From the NCBI GenBank assembly GCA_050253335.1, contig JBFWJG010000058.1, positions 1 through 12,051 on the forward strand: 12,051 nt of DNA. Reading direction: 5' to 3'. Made by a program: the position numbers and the translations under genes. The notes under the pieces were generated by a model. That model worked only from the letters and a program-made list of their open reading frames with translations. It searched no databases and was not told the origin of the DNA. This document shows positions 6,929 through 12,051 of this stretch, piece by piece. The number at the start of each line of letters is the position of its first letter. The first letter of the stretch is position 1. This DNA is from Deferribacterales bacterium (lineage in GTDB: Bacteria; Chrysiogenota; Deferribacteres; Deferribacterales; Geovibrionaceae).

Positions 6929-8299
6929 ATGGTAAGAAAAATTACCGCTTTTTTATCAGTGCTGATCATTTTCGCGGCCGCTTCGGCGCAGGCTGCGGTG
7001 GCTCCGGTCAGCTTTTCGGATGTAGTTAAGAAAACGCGTGACGGCGTGGTGAATATATCGACAACAAAAACCGTGACGAGAAAAATGCCTGATATGTTCC
7101 ACGATGAATTTTTCAGGAAGTTTTTCGGCGATCAGTTCAATATGCCCGACAGCGGCGGAAAGCCCAAGGAATACAAATCAAGCTCCCTCGGCTCCGGCTT
7201 TGTTATTGATGCCGCAGGACTGATTGTTACAAACAACCATGTCATTGACGGAGCAGATGAAATAGTAATCAAGCTCAACGACAAGCACGAGTTCAAGGCC
7301 ACTGTGGTGGGCAAAGACCCCATGACCGACCTTGCTCTCATCAAAATAGACCCTAAGGGCGTGAAGCTCTCCCCAATCAAACTCGGCAATTCAAACACCG
7401 CTGAAGTTGGCGACTGGGTGGTGGCGATAGGAAACCCCCTCGGGCTTGAGTGGACAGTTACCGCCGGAATAATAAGCGGCAAGGCGAGAGCCCTCGGCAG
7501 CGGGCCTTATGACAGCTTCATGCAGACAGACGCATCTATCAACCCCGGCAACTCCGGCGGGCCTCTCCTTAACCTTGACGGTGAAGTGGTGGGCATCAAT
7601 ACCGCCATTATCCCTTCCGGTCAGGGGCTCGGCTTCGCTGTTCCCGTGAACATGCTGAAGGATATTCTGCCCAAGCTTAAAAAAGGCAAAGTGGACAGAG
7701 GCTGGCTCGGCGTGACTGTTCAGTCCATTGATGATAAAATTGCCGAAGGCCTCGGGCTTGAAAATGAAGAGGGAGCTCTCATAGCCGATGTTGTCAAGGG
7801 CGATCCGGCTGATAAAGCCGGCGTGAAGGCGGGCGATGTTGTTGTGGCTATAAACGGCAGACCTGTGAAGGACAGCAGGGAGCTGATCAATGTAATCGGC
7901 GGTTATGAGCCCAACGCTACAGTTAAGCTTACTGTGGTGAGAGACGGCAAAAAACGCGAGATTCCTGTTAAGCTCGGCCTGAGAAAGGATGAAAACAGCG
8001 GCAGCGCGTCGCCTGCGGAACCCGATGTTTCAAGACCCATAACCGTTAAGGAGATAGACGCCGCGACGGCAAAGAAATTCGGTGTTGAGAACGGTGTTGC
8101 GGTGACAGCAATAGATGAAACAACAAACGCCTACAATGCCGGATTGAGAAACGGCGACATTATCCTCTGGATAAACAGACAGGCGGTAAAATCCGCTGAG
8201 GATTTCTACAGCAAATTCGACAAAATAAAATCAGGGGATGTGGTTTTCCTCAAGGTTGTCAGCAGAGGCAGCGGAAGATTCATCGCCTTCGATAAATAA
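6929..8299 (+). CDS. degP: DegP/DegQ (HtrA, Do family) periplasmic serine endoprotease with two PDZ domains
   Basis: Signal peptide (ASAQA), SLGSGFVI, catalytic triad in TNNHV / DLAL / INPGNSGGPL, then RGWLGV with PDZ1 and a second PDZ. RBS AAGGAGG; the start abuts the previous stop. Confidence 0.95.
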   Translation: MVRKITAFLSVLIIFAAASAQAAVAPVSFSDVVKKTRDGVVNISTTKTVTRKMPDMFHDEFFRKFFGDQFNMPDSGGKPKEYKSSSLGSGFVIDAAGLIVTNNHVIDGADEIVIKLNDKHEFKATVVGKDPMTDLALIKIDPKGVKLSPIKLGNSNTAEVGDWVVAIGNPLGLEWTVTAGIISGKARALGSGPYDSFMQTDASINPGNSGGPLLNLDGEVVGINTAIIPSGQGLGFAVPVNMLKDILPKLKKGKVDRGWLGVTVQSIDDKIAEGLGLENEEGALIADVVKGDPADKAGVKAGDVVVAINGRPVKDSRELINVIGGYEPNATVKLTVVRDGKKREIPVKLGLRKDENSGSASPAEPDVSRPITVKEIDAATAKKFGVENGVAVTAIDETTNAYNAGLRNGDIILWINRQAVKSAEDFYSKFDKIKSGDVVFLKVVSRGSGRFIAFDK

Positions 8300-8312
8300 C
8301 ACACACAGATAC

Positions 8313-8347
8313 CTCAGGCGGGCTTTCATGCCCGCCTGAGTTTTTTT
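8313..8347 (+). terminator. Rho-independent terminator of the ECF operon
   Basis: CTCAGGCGGGC-TTTCAT-GCCCGCCTGAG followed by TTTTTTT. Confidence 0.93.
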
Positions 8348-8383
8348 CAAAGCTCTTTTTAGAGTAATCGTAAATATTTGCTG

Positions 8384-8415
8384 AAATCCTCCCCCGCCCT
8401 CCTTCAGAAAAGGAG
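8384..8415 (+). repeat. Degenerate single copy of the REP-like repeat also seen at 10559-10640
   Basis: AAATCCTCCCCCGCC then hairpin CTCCTT-CAGAA-AAGGAG. Same architecture as the other two copies (AATC, C-rich leader, pyrimidine/purine hairpin), with 14/20 identity to each over the first 20 nt from AATC. Confidence 0.5.
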
Positions 8416-8515
8416 AGTGCTTTTCTTCCTGCGTTAGTGAGCAGTGCAGAGATGGGCACTAGAATCAACCGGGGACATAGGCAGCATTTTCAATCCTTCT
8501 CAGTTAATTATGTAT

Positions 8516-8544
8516 TTGAAAAACGCCGCATCCGCCGCTATAAT
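8516..8544 (+). promoter_or_regulatory. Sigma70 promoter of the yajQ operon
   Basis: TTGAAA (8516-8521), 17 bp, TATAAT (8539-8544). RBS GGAGGAG at 8564-8570. Confidence 0.8.
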
Positions 8545-8573
8545 AAGGGGTTAATACATTAACGGAGGAGAAC

Positions 8574-9065
8574 ATGCCATCTTTCGACGTGGTCAGCGAA
8601 GTTGACGGTCAGGAACTTGACAATGCTGTGAACATTCTCAAAAAAGAGATCGAGAACAGATACGATTTCAAAGGTTCAAACACAACCGTTGAGCTCAATA
8701 AAAAAGACAAGAAGATCCACATGGTCACAAATGATGACATGAAGATAAAAGCTCTGCGGGAGATGCTTATCGGCGCTCTTGTGAAGCGCTCCATTGATCC
8801 TGACTGCCTTGATTTCAAAGATCCTGAACCCACAGGCAACAGGCAGTTCAAAAGGGATGTTGTCGTGAAAGAGGGGCTGGACAAGGAAGCGAGCAAAAAG
8901 ATCGTGAAGATGATCAAGGATTCCAAACTCAAGGTTCAGGCCTCCATCATGGATGACAAGGTCAGGGTTCAGGGCAAGAAGATAGATGACCTTCAGGAGG
9001 TTATACAGTTTCTTAAAACTGCGGACCTCGGTATCCCCCTTCAGTATGTCAATATGAAGAGCTGA
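8574..9065 (+). CDS. yajQ: YajQ family nucleotide / cyclic-di-GMP-binding protein
   Basis: 163 aa with signature MPSFDVVSEVD, RYDFKGS, KVQASI and VRVQGKKIDDLQ. Confidence 0.96.
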   Translation: MPSFDVVSEVDGQELDNAVNILKKEIENRYDFKGSNTTVELNKKDKKIHMVTNDDMKIKALREMLIGALVKRSIDPDCLDFKDPEPTGNRQFKRDVVVKEGLDKEASKKIVKMIKDSKLKVQASIMDDKVRVQGKKIDDLQEVIQFLKTADLGIPLQYVNMKS

Positions 9066-9069
9066 TAAA

Positions 9070-9699
9070 ATGAAAGAGCTGTTTGACGGTGTTGTACGCT
9101 TCCGTGACGAGGATTACGCTGATCACAGGGAGCTTTTTGAAAACCTCGGTGACAAGCAGTATCCGCACACGCTTTTTGTAGGCTGTTCGGATTCCCGTGT
9201 TGTTCCCAACCTGATTACCCGCACAATGCCCGGTGAGCTTTTTGTGGTGCGCAATATAGCCAACATGGTTCCGCCTTACAGGGAAACCTCTGACTATGTC
9301 GCCACTACCAGCGCCGTGGAATATGCCGTGAACATACTTAAAGTGCAGAACATCGTAATCTGCGGCCACTCCAACTGCGGCGGCTGCTCCGCACTTTACC
9401 AGTCTCCGGAGTTTCTCTCCAACGTGCCCAAGGTGAAAAAGTGGCTTGAGCTTGCCGAACCTGTTAAAAAGAAGGCCTCTGAAATGTGCGGGGATGACCC
9501 GGGCAAAAGAGAATGGGTTACGGAGCAGGTGAACGTAATCCATCAGGTACGCAATCTTCTCACTTATCCTTATATAAAAGAAAGAGTTAACAAAGGTGAG
9601 CTGAACCTTTACGGATGGTATTATATTATTGCCACCGGAGAAGTGTATAACTACAACTTTGAAACGGGCTATTTTGACTTGATAAGTAATGAGCAGTAG
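9070..9699 (+). CDS. can: Beta-class carbonic anhydrase
   Basis: Zinc ligand motifs GCSDSRV and CGHSNCGG, plus PGELFVVRNIAN and AVEYAV. Confidence 0.95.
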   Translation: MKELFDGVVRFRDEDYADHRELFENLGDKQYPHTLFVGCSDSRVVPNLITRTMPGELFVVRNIANMVPPYRETSDYVATTSAVEYAVNILKVQNIVICGHSNCGGCSALYQSPEFLSNVPKVKKWLELAEPVKKKASEMCGDDPGKREWVTEQVNVIHQVRNLLTYPYIKERVNKGELNLYGWYYIIATGEVYNYNFETGYFDLISNEQ

Positions 9700-10582
9700 A
9701 ACCGCCGGCCTCACAGCGGGGCTGGCATCCTATATTTTCTGGGGGCTGAGCCCTGTTTTCTGGAAGCTTTTTGATCAGGCTTCCGGTTTAGAGGTGCTTG
9801 CCCACAGGCTTGTGTGGTCTTTCTTTTTCCTTCTGGCTGTTATTCTGATTCAGGGGCGCCGCGGCGAGGTTGCGGCGGTATTTACCGATAAAAAAACAGC
9901 ACTCATGCTTCTTCTCTCCTCCATAGCTATAAGCATAAACTGGGGAGTGTTCATAATCTCCGTGAACACGGGGCACATACTTCAGGCAAGTCTCGGCTAC
10001 TATATGAACCCCTTTGTCAGTATGCTTTTCGGCATACTTATCTTTAAGGAAAAGCTTAACAGGCTTCAGATATTCGCCGTGGTGCTTGCCGCGTCCGGCG
10101 TGCTGATTTACGCCTCGGGGCTGAGGAGCTTCCCGTGGGCTTCCGTCTCCCTAGCGGTGAGCTTCGCCGCTTACGGAGCTTTGAGGAAGCACGTCAGGGT
10201 TATGCCAATACCGGGGCTTCTGGCGGAAACCCTTATTATGTTCCCGTTTGCTCTGGGCTATCTGGCGTATGCCGAATATTCCGGCTCAGGCAGTTTCGGA
10301 CATTATTCATACACTTTCGATTTTCTGTTTATCCTTTCCGGACTTGTGACATCAGCCCCGCTTCTGGGGTTTGCCTTCGCCGTGAAAAGGCTGAAGCTGA
10401 TAACCGTCGGAATACTCCAGTTTACCGTGCCAACTCTCCACTTTCTGCTGGGGGTGTTTGCATATTCCGAACCGTTTACTCCGGTACACGCCGCAACCTT
10501 CAGCTTGATTTGGCTTTGTGTCGGCCTCTTCATCACAGATGCGGTTTTCCAGACTAAGAAATCTCCCTCAGCCCCTCTTTGA
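9689..10582 (+). CDS. rarD: RarD family EamA/DMT transporter
   Basis: WGLSPVFWK, EVLAHRLVWS, ISINWGVFI, ASLGYYMNP and GILQF...PTLHF are characteristic of RarD. About 10 hydrophobic segments. 11-nt overlap with the carbonic anhydrase gene. Confidence 0.92.
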   Translation: MSSRTAGLTAGLASYIFWGLSPVFWKLFDQASGLEVLAHRLVWSFFFLLAVILIQGRRGEVAAVFTDKKTALMLLLSSIAISINWGVFIISVNTGHILQASLGYYMNPFVSMLFGILIFKEKLNRLQIFAVVLAASGVLIYASGLRSFPWASVSLAVSFAAYGALRKHVRVMPIPGLLAETLIMFPFALGYLAYAEYSGSGSFGHYSYTFDFLFILSGLVTSAPLLGFAFAVKRLKLITVGILQFTVPTLHFLLGVFAYSEPFTPVHAATFSLIWLCVGLFITDAVFQTKKSPSAPL

Positions 10583-10640
10583 TTTAAAGAGGGGCGTTTA
10601 TCTTTGGCTTCCCCTTTTCAAAGGGGGATTGAGGGGGATT
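10559..10640. repeat. Inverted pair of REP-like palindromic elements between convergent rarD and tpx
   Basis: Copy B (+): AATCTCCCTCA-GCCCCTCTTT-GATTT-AAAGAGGGGC. Copy C (-): AATCCCCCTCAATCCCCCTTTGAAAAGGGGAA. 19/23 identity over the first 23 nt, and each copy has its own hairpin. Confidence 0.7.
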
Positions 10641-10672
10641 ATTTGATGGATTTTTGAGATGCTCTGTCTGTC

Positions 10673-11179
10673 TTATTTTTTCAGAAATGCGATCAGTTTG
10701 TCGAAGTCAGGGCTGGAAGTAACTTCCGGCACGTATTCGGCATAGGTCACGACATTATTTTCATCCACAACGAAAACCGCTCTGGCGAGAAGCCTGAGTT
10801 CTTTAATCAGCACCCCGTAAGCCGTTCCGAATGCCGCTTCCCTGTGGTCGCTGGCGGCTACTGCGTTCTCTATGCCTGCGGTGGTGCAGAACCGCTTGAT
10901 GGCAAAGGGAAGATCCATGCTGACGTTGATAACTGCGTATTTGTCGCCCATTGAGGCTATCTCGCTGTTGAACCTGCGGAGCTGGAGATCGCACACAGCC
11001 GTGTCAAGAGACGGCGTGACGCTTATGACTTTTGTTTTTCCTTTATAGGTGTCAAGGCTCACAGGCTGCATTCCGCCGTCCAGCACAGTGAAAACGGGCG
11101 CCTTATCGCCTACTTTGATCTCATTCCCTACGAGGGTTACGGGGTTTCCTTTCATTGTTACAGTTCTTGCTTTGTTCAT
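10673..11179 (-). CDS. tpx: Thiol peroxidase (atypical 2-Cys peroxiredoxin)
   Basis: Start re-called to ATG 11179 (MNKARTVTMKGNPV), with GGAGG 5 nt upstream. Motifs PSLDTAVC (peroxidatic Cys), SMDLPFA, RFC (resolving Cys) and LLARAVFV. 168 aa. Confidence 0.96.
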   Translation of the reverse strand: MNKARTVTMKGNPVTLVGNEIKVGDKAPVFTVLDGGMQPVSLDTYKGKTKVISVTPSLDTAVCDLQLRRFNSEIASMGDKYAVINVSMDLPFAIKRFCTTAGIENAVAASDHREAAFGTAYGVLIKELRLLARAVFVVDENNVVTYAEYVPEVTSSPDFDKLIAFLKK

Positions 11180-12051
11180 TAATTCCTCCGTTTCTGACTG
11201 AAGTGCACTGTCATGCCGCTTAATGCTATGAGTATTATACCACATATTCCCATAAAATCAGGCACTTTGTCGCCTGCCATAACTCCCGCCGCTGTGGCAA
11301 AGATCAGGCCGGAATAGCTGACTGACGCCGCCACGGAGGCTCTGGCAAGGGAATACGCCTTTGTGAGGAAGTACTGCGAAACAGTGGCGAGTATGCCTAC
11401 CATTATGATGCAGTACCACTCATAGGCTCCGGAAGGAAATCTGTGAAAAAGACCTCTGAGCGGCTCGTTCCCCAGAGGGGTGTGGTAAATGAGGGCATAA
11501 ACAACAGGCGGGCCAATCACCCCCGCTGTTGCGAAGGATGCGACAATGGCTCTGGGCGAGTAATATCCCCGCAGGTTGCGGACTGTTGTGTATGCCGCCG
11601 CCGCAAACAGCCCGCTGAGCAGTGCGCATAAGCTTCCGGCATTCAGCCCGCCCGCCTCCGGACGCATCAGCATTACCACTCCGGTGAAGCCTGCCGCCAG
11701 TCCCGCCCAGATCATTATCCCCTGTTTTTCCTTCAGCAGGAAAAAAGCCAGAAGAGCGGTGAAGATAGGGTCGATTTTAGTGAGTGTAGCCGCCGTTCCC
11801 AGAGGAAGGACAGATATGGAGTAGAAATAGAAAAACAATGCTAAAAAACCGAAAACACCTCTCATTGCAAGCATGACAGGTTTGCCCCCCTTCGCTCCGG
11901 ACGGGCGGGCGATCATGGTGGGGATAATTATTATGAGACCGATTAGATTGCGGAAAAAGACGATTTCGCCTGTTCCCAGAGTCTGCCCGAGGATCTTTAC
12001 ATAATAACCCATGCCTGAAAAAAGTGCGGAGGCGAGAAGCATATAAATTAT
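11179..12051 (-). CDS. EamA/DMT family transporter, probably 5'-truncated by the window edge
   Basis: The frame stays open to the window end (I-I-Y-M-L-L-A-S...). Multiple TM segments with EIVFFRN and PIFTALLAFFLLKEK. Its stop overlaps the tpx start (TAATG). Confidence 0.9.
   Translation of the reverse strand: MIYMLLASALFSGMGYYVKILGQTLGTGEIVFFRNLIGLIIIIPTMIARPSGAKGGKPVMLAMRGVFGFLALFFYFYSISVLPLGTAATLTKIDPIFTALLAFFLLKEKQGIMIWAGLAAGFTGVVMLMRPEAGGLNAGSLCALLSGLFAAAAYTTVRNLRGYYSPRAIVASFATAGVIGPPVVYALIYHTPLGNEPLRGLFHRFPSGAYEWYCIIMVGILATVSQYFLTKAYSLARASVAASVSYSGLIFATAAGVMAGDKVPDFMGICGIILIALSGMTVHFSQKRRN

Noticed and set aside
8280..8468. 62-aa minus-strand ORF in the degP-yajQ spacer
   Set aside because: It runs through the terminator and repeat and overlaps the degP end, with a TTG start and no convincing RBS.
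9049..9714. 221-aa antisense ORF covering the whole carbonic anhydrase gene
   Set aside because: It lies codon-aligned opposite a well-conserved gene and has no recognisable motifs. This is the typical shadow ORF produced by codon bias.
10559..10640. CRISPR interpretation of the palindromic repeats
   Set aside because: The copies are inverted and divergent, not regularly spaced direct repeats, and there are no cas genes.
11180..11245. N-terminal extension of tpx in the ORF track
   Set aside because: It overlaps the EamA gene. ATG 11179 has a strong RBS and matches normal Tpx length.

Overview
This is a bacterial chromosomal housekeeping and envelope-stress region. The overall gene style suggests an anaerobic Gram-negative, possibly Deferribacterota; that is inference only. 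Left to right it contains: the 3' part of purF (+); a LysE/RhtB exporter (-); a tightly packed minus-strand unit of tRNA-Ser(GGA), small SRP RNA (ffs) and a PpiD-like periplasmic chaperone; a membrane-anchored hypothetical protein (-); a divergent four-gene ECF operon (sigmaE-like factor, zinc-binding anti-sigma, shortened RseB/MucB-like protein, DegP/MucD-like protease) with a clear sigmaE-type promoter; a yajQ / beta-carbonic anhydrase / rarD operon (+); and, converging on it, an EamA/DMT transporter coupled to tpx (-). I see no transposase, integrase, phage gene or CRISPR array. The most notable observations are the hybrid ZAS-plus-RseB sigmaE module, the tRNA-ffs-ppiD linkage, a family of REP-like palindromic repeats (one of which supplies the end of rarD), and several candidate operator sites. 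Nothing here proves a wholly new system.
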